Positions 29,719 through 38,662 of a stretch of 64,000 nucleotides of DNA are shown here, piece by piece. The stretch spans positions 82,116 to 146,115 of the forward strand of contig CACJBO010000001.1 in NCBI GenBank assembly GCA_902591665.1, given 5' to 3'. The position numbers and the translations under genes were made by a program. Under the pieces are notes generated by a model. The model did no database searches and was not told where the DNA came from. It saw only the letters and a list, made by a program, of their open reading frames with translations. The stretch comes from an uncultured SAR86 cluster bacterium (GTDB lineage Bacteria; Pseudomonadota; Gammaproteobacteria; Magnimaribacterales; D2472). Position 1 is the first letter of the stretch. Each line of letters opens with the position of its first letter.

Positions 29719-30392
29719 TGAAAAAAATTAGAACATTGATTGTTGGAGCCTCTGGTCTTGTTGGGGGTGAAGTTCTTAAGTGTGTCTCAAAAGAAAGTCA
29801 GGAGATTTTTTTATTATCAAGAAGAACCGGAGGTATTGTTCAACAAAACTGTAATGAAATTATTTCAGATTTTGATGACATAAATAATATAGACTTTCCA
29901 AAAGTAGATCATGTTTACATATCGATTGGCAAGAAATTGAGTTCAAGTGAGCTTATGTATATTCAAAAATCTGATAGAGATGATTTTATCAAGATAGATT
30001 ATGAATATGTTTTAAATATAGCCAGGAAATCTTTTGACAGTGGTGCAAGATCAATAGCGATAGTATCTGCAATAGGAGCAGACAAAACTTCAAAAAACTT
30101 ATACCTCAAAACAAAGGGCAATATGGAAGATCTTGTTAAAGAAATAGGATTTGCAAAAACTATCTTTGCCCGCCCTAGTCACTTGCTTGGTCAAAGAATT
30201 AATGAAAAATTTAAACTTGATGTTTCATTAATAGAGCTAGGGGGTAAAATTTTTGATCCATTGATGCGTGGTCTCTTATCAGATTTTAAATTCATAGATG
30301 CAAAATATGTTGCCAAAGCAATGGTGCAAAAAATGAATGATAATTCAGAGGGTTTATCTATTCTAAAATATAAGGATTTTGTTAATGCCTAA
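29715..30392 (+). CDS. NAD(P)H-binding (NmrA/HTATIP2-like) atypical SDR
   Basis: LIVGASGLVGGEV Rossmann motif. Length is 225 aa. Confidence 0.55.
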   Translation: MMKKIRTLIVGASGLVGGEVLKCVSKESQEIFLLSRRTGGIVQQNCNEIISDFDDINNIDFPKVDHVYISIGKKLSSSELMYIQKSDRDDFIKIDYEYVLNIARKSFDSGARSIAIVSAIGADKTSKNLYLKTKGNMEDLVKEIGFAKTIFARPSHLLGQRINEKFKLDVSLIELGGKIFDPLMRGLLSDFKFIDAKYVAKAMVQKMNDNSEGLSILKYKDFVNA

Positions 30393-30652
30393 AAAATTTC
30401 TCTATTTGTCCTAAGCATTTTACGAATAGCATTTGCAGAGTTTAATAACCAAAAAGCTGAAGCAAAGAAAAAATAATATAAACCAGCATAAAGCTGAACT
30501 ATCATTGCGAGAATACTCCCCATCGCAACTGCAATTAGTCCTAACAATCTCTTATTATATTTTTTTGAGACAATAAGAGGCGCGGCTATCAATGTGCCAA
30601 AAACTACGCTAATAATTTGAATTATTTCAAGGATAGTCATACTGATAGACAA
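30389..30652 (-). CDS. Small 3-TM membrane protein, unknown function
   Basis: Length is 87 aa with three hydrophobic helices. Size and topology are reminiscent of SemiSWEET/PQ-loop proteins, but the PQ dipeptide is absent (APL instead). Confidence 0.4.
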   Translation of the reverse strand: MSISMTILEIIQIISVVFGTLIAAPLIVSKKYNKRLLGLIAVAMGSILAMIVQLYAGLYYFFFASAFWLLNSANAIRKMLRTNREIF

Positions 30653-30778
30653 AAAGAATTATGCCTATGAGTATAAATATCGGAGCATTATGAATATTTT
30701 TTTTTAAAAGTAAATATTTTTTTGAACTTTTTTGTAAATAATTTACTCTATTAATGTAAATATAATTTTTGGAGAAAT

Positions 30779-31156
30779 ATGAAGAAAACAACTGCTTTAA
30801 TAATTGCTTTTTCTATGTTCGGAACTTTATATGCTGATGATCATAAAAAAGAAAAAAGAGAACATCCTAATAAGCTTATGAGTGCAAAACAATGTATGGA
30901 GACTAAATCTGGGATTGGATGGTTTCTAGGTGCAGCAGATGATGTTTTTGAAGACATCAAAAAGAATGAAGATTCAAAAGATAAATCATGGAACGATGAG
31001 AAATGGGCCGATGCTATTGCTCTATCTACCTTAGCTTCAAATTATTCGACTGTTTATGACGTTTGGTGCAAAGATATGATTAATCATAGAATGAAGATGA
31101 GGATGCATGGCTCTCATAAAGATCATATTAAGGAAAAAAAACAGAAAAAAGATTAG
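30779..31156 (+). CDS. Secreted protein of unknown function with a His/Met/Lys-rich C-terminal tail
   Basis: Signal-peptide-like N-terminus (MKKTTALIIAFSMFGTLYA), two Cys, and the tail HRMKMRMHGSHKDHIKEKKQKKD. GGAGA precedes the ATG. Confidence 0.5.
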   Translation: MKKTTALIIAFSMFGTLYADDHKKEKREHPNKLMSAKQCMETKSGIGWFLGAADDVFEDIKKNEDSKDKSWNDEKWADAIALSTLASNYSTVYDVWCKDMINHRMKMRMHGSHKDHIKEKKQKKD

Positions 31157-31159
31157 GTC

Positions 31160-31384
31160 CTAAAATTTTCCTCTTTGAAATCTCATTCTTATAGAAAAAA
31201 CTCTTACAAGGGCAACTAAAGTAAGAATAGATTGGGTGAACAATGATATTGTTATTGGGTTTGACCACTGCCAGCTGTCAATTGTTAGCCACAATAGAAA
31301 TGTCTGAAGCGGAAAGTTAATTACTGCTCCCATCAATACTACGATAACAGCTTCTCTAAAAGCGACTTTCTCTGTCTTGTTCAT
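31160..31384 (-). CDS. Small 2-TM membrane protein, unknown function
   Basis: Length is 74 aa with two hydrophobic helices. It lies 12 nt downstream of ybjQ on the same strand. Confidence 0.4.
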   Translation of the reverse strand: MNKTEKVAFREAVIVVLMGAVINFPLQTFLLWLTIDSWQWSNPITISLFTQSILTLVALVRVFSIRMRFQRGKF

Positions 31385-31396
31385 TTTTTTTCCTTA

Positions 31397-31750
31397 TTAT
31401 TTGATTTTTACACCAGTGCCATATGCCAAAATTTCTGATGCGCCTTGAGTTATAGTTGAGGTTTGAAACCTAAAACAAATTATAGCATTTGCTCCTTTTG
31501 CAGTGGCATCATCTAACATTCTTTGATATGCCTGATCTCTTGAAGATTGGAGTAATTTAGAATAACCGACCAACTCTCCACCAACTAGATTTTTTAAATT
31601 AGCGAAAATGTCAGAGCCTACATTTCTTGATCGCACAGTGCTTCCTTGAACTATGCCTATGTATTCAGTTATTTCAGCACCTTCTATATTGTTTGTTGAA
31701 ACAACCATAAAATTTTCTTTTTTATGCTCTTCTCTAAAATTTTCTGTCAT
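31397..31750 (-). CDS. ybjQ: YbjQ family protein (UPF0145)
   Basis: ..VSTNNIEG.EI.EY.G.V.G..V.....G.D......N..GGE...Y...L...R..A..R....A...GANAI...RF.. is typical of the family. The true start may be the internal ATG at 31708. Confidence 0.8.
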   Translation of the reverse strand: MTENFREEHKKENFMVVSTNNIEGAEITEYIGIVQGSTVRSRNVGSDIFANLKNLVGGELVGYSKLLQSSRDQAYQRMLDDATAKGANAIICFRFQTSTITQGASEILAYGTGVKIK

Positions 31751-31786
31751 GACTTTTTTCCTTAAATAGTTTAATTTATAAATATA

Positions 31787-32119
31787 ATGCAGAAATTAGT
31801 TGAAGCAAAATTTTCTATTGGAAATATAGTTAAACATAAGTATTTAAACTTTAGGGGTGTTATTTTTGATTTAGATCCAGAATTTAATAATACCGAAGAA
31901 TGGTATCAAGCAATACCAGAACAAATAAGACCAATTAAAGAACAACCTTTTTATCATTTATTTGCTGAGAATAAAGAAATCTTTTACATAGCATATGTTT
32001 CTGAACAAAACTTATTATTGGACAGGTCTAAAAAGCCTTGCAATCATCCTGGTATCAAAGAGATATTTGAGAAATTTGATGGTGTGAACTATCACCCCCA
32101 TACTAAAGCAAAAAACTAA
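31787..32119 (+). CDS. hspQ: Heat shock protein HspQ (YccV, hemimethylated-DNA-binding domain)
   Basis: KFSIGNIVKHKYLNFRGVIFDLDPEF and PFYHLF..N motifs. Length is 110 aa. Confidence 0.8.
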   Translation: MQKLVEAKFSIGNIVKHKYLNFRGVIFDLDPEFNNTEEWYQAIPEQIRPIKEQPFYHLFAENKEIFYIAYVSEQNLLLDRSKKPCNHPGIKEIFEKFDGVNYHPHTKAKN

Positions 32120-32120
32120 A

Positions 32121-33323
32121 TTAGCATTGGTTGTGAGCCATTTGAGCCGCTGTTACAAAAACATCCATTGCAATTTCTAACTCTTTCTCACTGATAAACG
32201 TTGGAGCAATTCTTAAAGTATTATTTTTAGGATCTTTGCCATAAGGATGTGTAGCTCCTGCGGGAGTAAGAAGCACTCCTGCCTCTTTACACAACTCAAC
32301 AATGTTTGAAGCAATAGGTTTTTGTGATTTAAAAGTTATAAAATAGCCACCGGTTGGTTGAGAATACTCACCCACATCTTTATCAAGTTTTTCTAGTGCT
32401 TTATAAGCTATCTCAAATTTAGGCCTTATTAAATCAGCATGTTTTTTCATGTGATTTCTGACAGCACTTAAATCTTTAAAAAATTTTGTATGTCTTTTTT
32501 GGTTTACCTTGTCAGGACAGATAACCATTGAGCCCCTTATTCGCTTAATTAAATCTAAATTATCGCTTTCTGCTGCCATAAAAGATAAACCACCACCGCC
32601 AAAAGTAACTTTAGAAAAAGATGTTACAACTACTGTTTGATTAGTTGTGCTATTTTGTTCTGCTAACTTCCAAACAGCTGTTTGATCTTTTGTAGGAAGG
32701 AAATCATGAACTAAGTAGGCATGATCAAAAAGAAAAAGAAAATCTTCAGAATACTTTTTACCAATATTGAAAAGCTTACTTATATTATCATCGCTATAAA
32801 CTTCACCAGATGGGTTTGAATGACGTGGAACACAAATTATTCCAAGCACATTTGAATTCTTTTGTAGCGTATCTGAGAGCACATTAAGATCAATACCATC
32901 ATCTATTAAAGGCACTGTTATCATTTCTATTCCAAAATCTTCTAACATTCTAAAATGTCTATCAAATCCAGGCACAGGACAGATAAATTTTGGAGCTTCT
33001 ACATCTTTCCATGATAAAGGCTCAGCAAACAGATATTTTGAAAGCATCATCTGATAAGTAAGCATCAAGCTGGATTGTTCACCAGTAATTATGTTATCAA
33101 TAGGAGCCGAAAGAACATCTGCTCCAAGAGCTCTAGCATCTTGAATTCCAAAAGGCTCTCCGTAATTTCGTAAATCTACATTGCCATCAAAAGGCTCAAT
33201 ATTCATACTCAATAGATCATTAGCTAAATCTAGCTGCGCGGCATCTGGTTTTCCTCTCGTGATATCAATTGAGAGACCTTGAGATTTGAAGTTATTAAAT
33301 TTAGATATTAGTTTATCATCCAT
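32121..33323 (-). CDS. PLP-dependent aminotransferase, class I/II fold
   Basis: N-terminal TRGKPDAAQLDL motif, PRHSNPSG, and the SFSK lysine motif (TSFSKVT). Length is 400 aa. Confidence 0.75.
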   Translation of the reverse strand: MDDKLISKFNNFKSQGLSIDITRGKPDAAQLDLANDLLSMNIEPFDGNVDLRNYGEPFGIQDARALGADVLSAPIDNIITGEQSSLMLTYQMMLSKYLFAEPLSWKDVEAPKFICPVPGFDRHFRMLEDFGIEMITVPLIDDGIDLNVLSDTLQKNSNVLGIICVPRHSNPSGEVYSDDNISKLFNIGKKYSEDFLFLFDHAYLVHDFLPTKDQTAVWKLAEQNSTTNQTVVVTSFSKVTFGGGGLSFMAAESDNLDLIKRIRGSMVICPDKVNQKRHTKFFKDLSAVRNHMKKHADLIRPKFEIAYKALEKLDKDVGEYSQPTGGYFITFKSQKPIASNIVELCKEAGVLLTPAGATHPYGKDPKNNTLRIAPTFISEKELEIAMDVFVTAAQMAHNQC

Positions 33324-33356
33324 AATTGATTGCTATTTTATAGTAGAATCTTTGAC

Positions 33357-34484
33357 ATGGATAATTTTCTTAACATTTTAAATTTAATTGTTATTTTAGG
33401 AATTGCTTTCTACTTTTGGAACCAAAATAAAAACGCAGATAAAGCTAAGGAAGATAAAAAACAACTATTAGGCGAGATACTAGAAGAAGCAAAAAAAGAA
33501 ATTGCTAGTTCTATTAACGAAAAGCATATTTCAGAATTAAAAAACCAACTTGACTCTCAGCTAAAACCTTTTGGTACTCAGATGCAAAGAGAGATAGATC
33601 AATTGAAGAAAAATATAGAAAGAGAAATGTTAGAACGGGCAAAGGATGGAGCGAAATTTGGTCAGCAAATTGAAGATCTTCTTAATGCTACATCAGGGAT
33701 GCAAGAAGACGCTCAAAGCCTTACCAAAGCTCTCAAAGGTGACTCTCAACAACAAGGTGCATGGGGTGAACAAATTCTTGAAACCGCATTAGAAAAAGCA
33801 GGACTTCAAGAAAATATTAACTACCTTCTTCAACCAAATTATAAGGACAGGCAGGGAAATAATCTTAGACCAGATGCTGTAATTCTTCTTCCAAATGATA
33901 GAAATATTGTAATTGACTCAAAAGTCTCTCTTACTGCATATGAAAGATTTGTAAATACTGAAAATGAGGATGACAAAAAATCATATTTAAAGGATCATAT
34001 TCAATCTATTAAAGGCCATATTAAAAATTTATCTAGCAAAAACTATAATGATCTTGAGGACATAAATGCTCCTGATTATCTTTTTATATTCATTCCCATA
34101 GACTCTGCCTTATCTGTTGCACTTATGAATGACTGGGATCTTCAAACTTTAGCAAATGAAAAAAAGATTGCTTTTGCAACACCAATTAACCTTCTAGCAA
34201 TCTTAAGAATTGCAGAAAATCTTTGGCGATTAGATAGTCAGAACAAACATGCTGAAGATATTGCTAACAGAGCTGGTCTTTTGTATGACAAGTTCTCTAA
34301 TTTTACAAAGGATTTATTTGAAGTTGGGAAGCATCTAGATAGAGCAAAAGAAAGTTACGACTCAGCTCAAAATAAATTAATTGAAGGCGATGGCAACTTA
34401 TTTACACAAGTTGATAAGTTAAAAGGTCTTGGTGCAAAAACCCAAAAGACTCTTTCAAAACCAAAACCAAAAGCCGAAGAATAG
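33357..34484 (+). CDS. rmuC: DNA recombination protein RmuC
   Basis: N-terminal TM helix, long coiled coil, and C-terminal RmuC nuclease-like domain (RPDAVILLP..VIDSK). Start re-set to the ATG at 33357. Confidence 0.85.
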   Translation: MDNFLNILNLIVILGIAFYFWNQNKNADKAKEDKKQLLGEILEEAKKEIASSINEKHISELKNQLDSQLKPFGTQMQREIDQLKKNIEREMLERAKDGAKFGQQIEDLLNATSGMQEDAQSLTKALKGDSQQQGAWGEQILETALEKAGLQENINYLLQPNYKDRQGNNLRPDAVILLPNDRNIVIDSKVSLTAYERFVNTENEDDKKSYLKDHIQSIKGHIKNLSSKNYNDLEDINAPDYLFIFIPIDSALSVALMNDWDLQTLANEKKIAFATPINLLAILRIAENLWRLDSQNKHAEDIANRAGLLYDKFSNFTKDLFEVGKHLDRAKESYDSAQNKLIEGDGNLFTQVDKLKGLGAKTQKTLSKPKPKAEE

Positions 34485-34501
34485 CTTAGATATTTAATTT
34501 C

Positions 34502-35341
34502 CTAGAAATAAAAACGTCTCCACATATTTAAGCCATAAAATAAAGCGCAAATCCATAAAATAACCTCAGGTATATTTGGATTACTGTTATAACCAAAAAA
34601 TCCTTTTAAGAAAACACCAATTGACCCTTTATCATGGAGTGGGTGATAAATCTTCTGCCCTACATCATCTGTTTGAGGTTGCAAAATATCCCAAGGTCTA
34701 TAGATCTCTGTTTTTTCAATCTGTTCTGATTTAACCAAATACTCCTCGACCTCATGAGTTCCATAGGCGACCATCCCAGCTGATAAAAAAACTAATAATA
34801 AAGTTGTATATTTAAAAACATATCTTAGATTTATTTTCCTGCCTTGGAGAACGATTAGGTACCCTATTAGAATTGCAAGAATTGCCCCAGTAATAAATCC
34901 TAAATATGAAAACGACCCAGTAATAGAAAAACTTGAAATTAAAAATACTGCTGTTTCAAAGCCCTCTCTAAGGATTGCAAAGAAAACCACTAAAAACACA
35001 CCCCATGAAGAAAGCTTAATTGCATTTAAAGTTTTACCTTCGAGTTCTTTCCTATCACTTACATGTTTAGATAACCAGAATATTACATACCAAATCAAGA
35101 TAGCTGTTAGATAAAGGAAAATGCCCTCAAATAAGGCTGCTGTAGAATCATTTCCCAAAGACTCCTTAGCTTCTAGAACAAAATAACCAACCAAAATGCT
35201 TGCAATAATTGCTGCTAAAACACCCAGCCACAGTTTATATAAGTGACCTAATTGATTAGATTTTTCTAAAATCAAATAAATAATTCCAACAACAAGAGAT
35301 GCCTCTAAAACTTCTCTAAATACAATAATAAATTCGCTCAT
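34502..35341 (-). CDS. FTR1/EfeU family high-affinity iron permease
   Basis: Two REXXE motifs (REVLE, REGFE) in TM1 and TM4. Polytopic membrane protein. Length is 279 aa. Confidence 0.8.
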   Translation of the reverse strand: MSEFIIVFREVLEASLVVGIIYLILEKSNQLGHLYKLWLGVLAAIIASILVGYFVLEAKESLGNDSTAALFEGIFLYLTAILIWYVIFWLSKHVSDRKELEGKTLNAIKLSSWGVFLVVFFAILREGFETAVFLISSFSITGSFSYLGFITGAILAILIGYLIVLQGRKINLRYVFKYTTLLLVFLSAGMVAYGTHEVEEYLVKSEQIEKTEIYRPWDILQPQTDDVGQKIYHPLHDKGSIGVFLKGFFGYNSNPNIPEVILWICALFYGLNMWRRFYF

Positions 35342-35368
35342 GTTATGTTACGTCCTTAAGGGTTTTCT

Positions 35369-35389
35369 AAATGAGAATCATTCTTATTT
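35369..35389. promoter_or_regulatory. Fur-box-like dyad AAATGAGAATCATTCTTATTT
   Basis: The core AATGAGAATCATTCTT matches 13 of 16 positions of the Fur consensus core AATGATAATCATTATC, with an internal perfect palindrome AGAAT-C-ATTCT. It lies 28-48 nt upstream of the FTR1 start codon. Confidence 0.6.
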
Positions 35390-35476
35390 AGATTGTAACT
35401 AAATTTTTATTAAATAAAAAGCAGGTTTTTAATATAATTTTGTCGCTTTTATTAAGTTTTGTTGAGACAATGCTGT

Positions 35477-36712
35477 ATGAAGAAAATTGCTGTAATTGGT
35501 GCTGGAATTGCTGGCACTACTACGGCCTACGCTCTTTTAAAAAAAGGTCACAGCGTGACTATTATTGACTCTCGAAGATACCCTGCAATGGCCACAAGCT
35601 ATGCTAACGGAGGGCAATTAAGTGCGAGTAATGCAGAAACATGGAATACAACAAAAAATGTTGTAAGCGGAATAAAATGGATGTTTACTCCAGATGCCCC
35701 GCTATTATTTAACCCATCACCTGAAATTCAAAAATATAAGTGGATGATGGGATTTCTTTGGGCAACTTTAAAAGGTGAGCATAAAAAAAATACTCTTGAA
35801 ACAATAGATATTGCAAAAAAAGCTAGAGAAATATATTTCAAAATAGCTGATGAAGAAGGAATAGAGTTTGAATTACTAAAAAAAGGTATTTTAAGATTCT
35901 ATGACAATGAAAAGGAATTTAAATTAGATAAAGAAAAAGTTTCATGGTTAGATCAAGAAGGGATGGAGTGGGATATATTAACTACTGATGAAGTTAAAGA
36001 GATAGAACCAGCTTTTGAAAATAATAAAAATTATGAAAAAATTCTTGGAGGAATATATACCAAATCTGATGCAAGCGGCGATATTCATAAGTTTTGTACA
36101 AATCTAGAAAAAGTTCTAGTAGAAAAGTACTCTGCAAATCTACAACTTAAAACGACTGTTGAATATATAACCAGACAAAAAGATAAGCTGATAATAACAA
36201 TGAGGCACGAAAATGAAATAATCAATGGTGACTTTGATAATGTTGTCATTTGTGCAGGGGTAAATACACAAAACTTTGCAAATAGACTGGGTGATAAAAT
36301 GAATATATATCCAGTTAAAGGTTATAGCGTCACAATTGATCTTAAAGACGAAATATCTAAGCAGTGTGCTCCAACAGTATCGTTAATTGATCAGCCAGTA
36401 AAAATTGTTGCTAGTAGACTGGGTAATAGGTTTAGGGTTGCTGGCACAGCAGAGCTTGCTGGAGTAAATACTGATATCAGACAAGACAGAATCAAGCCTC
36501 TACTAAAATGGGTTGAAAAATATTTTCCAAATGTAAGTACTGAAACTTATACTCCATGGGCGGGATTAAGACCCATGACTCCAAACATGATGCCAATTAC
36601 AAGAGAAAGTAAAATGAAAGGAGTTTATTACCATGCAGGCCATGGTCATCTTGGCTGGACGTTAAGTGCGCAAACAGCACAAATTGTTGCAGACAAAATA
36701 GATTCCAATTAA
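35477..36712 (+). CDS. dadA: D-amino acid dehydrogenase, FAD-dependent
   Basis: IAVIGAGIAGTTTAY FAD motif and GHGHLGWT near the C-terminus. Start re-set to the ATG at 35477. Confidence 0.8.
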   Translation: MKKIAVIGAGIAGTTTAYALLKKGHSVTIIDSRRYPAMATSYANGGQLSASNAETWNTTKNVVSGIKWMFTPDAPLLFNPSPEIQKYKWMMGFLWATLKGEHKKNTLETIDIAKKAREIYFKIADEEGIEFELLKKGILRFYDNEKEFKLDKEKVSWLDQEGMEWDILTTDEVKEIEPAFENNKNYEKILGGIYTKSDASGDIHKFCTNLEKVLVEKYSANLQLKTTVEYITRQKDKLIITMRHENEIINGDFDNVVICAGVNTQNFANRLGDKMNIYPVKGYSVTIDLKDEISKQCAPTVSLIDQPVKIVASRLGNRFRVAGTAELAGVNTDIRQDRIKPLLKWVEKYFPNVSTETYTPWAGLRPMTPNMMPITRESKMKGVYYHAGHGHLGWTLSAQTAQIVADKIDSN

Positions 36713-37371
36713 GGTAAATCGATAATTTCCCAAGACCTTTTCTTGCACTCCTCTCTCAACTTATTATCAGGATTTACAGCTATTGGTTTATTAACAGCTA
36801 AAAGCAATGGGAAATCATTCATGGAATCAGAATAAAATGTAGCATTTTTAAAATCATCGAGATTATTATTGAGCATCCATTCTCTAACCTTAATGAGTTT
36901 TCCCTCTCCTAAGGCCGGTATACCTACAATCTTTCCAGAATAAACTCCATCAATCACCTCAACCTCTGTTGCAACAATGTTTTCAAAGCCCAATCTCTTG
37001 GCAATAGGATTAACTATTACAGAATTTGTAGCAGAGGCCAGCAACATAACATCATCATTATGATGGTGATTATGTAACAACCTCAGTGCATATATATTAA
37101 TCATGGGTTCTATAACTGAAGATAAGAACTCGGACATGATGTGTTCAACATAATCAGGTGTTTTTCCTTTTATTGTTGAAAGAGCAAACTCAGCCCACTC
37201 GTCATAGTCTAAATTGCCCTCATAATATTTATCATAGAAGTACTGATTTTTTTTCTCATATTCTTCTTTATCAACATGCCCAGTTTGAATTAAAAAATTA
37301 ATCCACGAATAATCAGAATCTCCATTAAGAATGGTATTATCTAAATCAAATATTGCTAAATTTCTTTTCAT
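36709..37371 (-). CDS. HAD-IB family hydrolase (SerB-like)
   Basis: DLDNT motif I and YSDSMNDFPLL motif IV. It is divergent from rppH, as in Pseudomonas. Confidence 0.75.
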   Translation of the reverse strand: MKRNLAIFDLDNTILNGDSDYSWINFLIQTGHVDKEEYEKKNQYFYDKYYEGNLDYDEWAEFALSTIKGKTPDYVEHIMSEFLSSVIEPMINIYALRLLHNHHHNDDVMLLASATNSVIVNPIAKRLGFENIVATEVEVIDGVYSGKIVGIPALGEGKLIKVREWMLNNNLDDFKNATFYSDSMNDFPLLLAVNKPIAVNPDNKLREECKKRSWEIIDLP

Positions 37372-37389
37372 AAAATAATAATTAATACA

Positions 37390-37878
37390 ATGATAAATGA
37401 GCCCGGGTATAGATTAAACGTTGGTCTGATTGTTATCAATAATAAAGGGAAATTATTGCTTTGCAAAAGAAAAAATATAAATAGCTGGCAATTTCCTCAA
37501 GGCGGTATTGATTTTGGTGAAAGCCCGCATAAAGCTGCTAGAAGAGAATTGTATGAGGAAGTTGGAATTAAAAAGAAAGATGTAAAATTAATATCTTCAA
37601 CAGATGAATGGTTTAAATATGATGTGCCTCATGAAAAAAGAAAAAATCATTTTTTAAAAAAAAGATTTAAAGGCCAAAAGCAAAAATGGTTCTTATTTAG
37701 GCTTATAAAAGATGTAAAAATTCATTTTGAAAATGATCCCGATAATGAATTTATAGATTACAAATGGGTTCCTTATTGGTACCCTTTACATACCATTGTC
37801 GAATTTAAAAAAGAGGTATATCGCTCAGCTCTTAATGCATTGAGAAATAATTTTTGTGAAGAAATAAATAATGATTGA
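37390..37878 (+). CDS. rppH: RNA pyrophosphohydrolase
   Basis: Nudix box GGIDFGESPHKAARRELYEEVGI and the QKQKWFL motif typical of RppH. Confidence 0.85.
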   Translation: MINEPGYRLNVGLIVINNKGKLLLCKRKNINSWQFPQGGIDFGESPHKAARRELYEEVGIKKKDVKLISSTDEWFKYDVPHEKRKNHFLKKRFKGQKQKWFLFRLIKDVKIHFENDPDNEFIDYKWVPYWYPLHTIVEFKKEVYRSALNALRNNFCEEINND

Positions 37879-38662
37879 AGCACTAATATTGTTTGCCACT
37901 TTAGGTATATTTGCAGGACTCATAGCAGGAATGTTTGGTGTTGGTGGTGGAATTATTACAGTGCCTGTTTTGGTTGCCTGCTTTATTCAATATGGTTTTG
38001 AAGATGCAATAATGGTTCACATGGCTGTTGGTACTTCACTTGGCTGTATTGTATTTACTGGAATTTCTTCAGCATACGCTCACAGACAGAAGAATGCTAT
38101 AAATTATAAGTTTTTTAAGCCAATAGCTTTAGGGATAGTTATTGGAGCATTTCTTGGAGCTTTATTTGCAGTCCAGCTTAATGGAAATATTCTTAAAATT
38201 ATTATAGGTATCTTTGCCCTTTTTGTTGCAATTCAAATGGGTATCAATAGAGAGATAGAGTTCAAACAAAGAGCTAAGCGAAATAAAGAGCCCTACTTTG
38301 TTGGCACTGGTATTGGATTCACCTCATCTATTCTAGGTATAGGCGGAGGAATTTTTTCTGTGCCCTACCTAAAAGCGTCTGGATTACCTATGACTTCAAG
38401 TATTGGAACTTCTGCTGCATGTGGAATTCCAATAGCCGTCTTTGGTGCATTGGGTTATATAATTTCAGGCATTAATAATGCACTTCTACCGCCACTAACA
38501 TTGGGTTACATATATTTGCCAGCCCTTCTAGGTATTAGTTTAACTAGTGTAATTGCAGCTAAATATGGGGCTCATATTGCCCATCACGTATCTGAAAAAA
38601 TATTGAAGAGAATGATGGCAAGCATGATGTTGCTAATATCTTTTTATATGGTTTTTTTATGA
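37871..38662 (+). CDS. TauE/SafE family anion exporter-like membrane protein
   Basis: Two internally repeated 4-TM halves with GVGGGII / GIGGGIF motifs. Length is 263 aa. Confidence 0.75.
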   Translation: MIEALILFATLGIFAGLIAGMFGVGGGIITVPVLVACFIQYGFEDAIMVHMAVGTSLGCIVFTGISSAYAHRQKNAINYKFFKPIALGIVIGAFLGALFAVQLNGNILKIIIGIFALFVAIQMGINREIEFKQRAKRNKEPYFVGTGIGFTSSILGIGGGIFSVPYLKASGLPMTSSIGTSAACGIPIAVFGALGYIISGINNALLPPLTLGYIYLPALLGISLTSVIAAKYGAHIAHHVSEKILKRMMASMMLLISFYMVFL

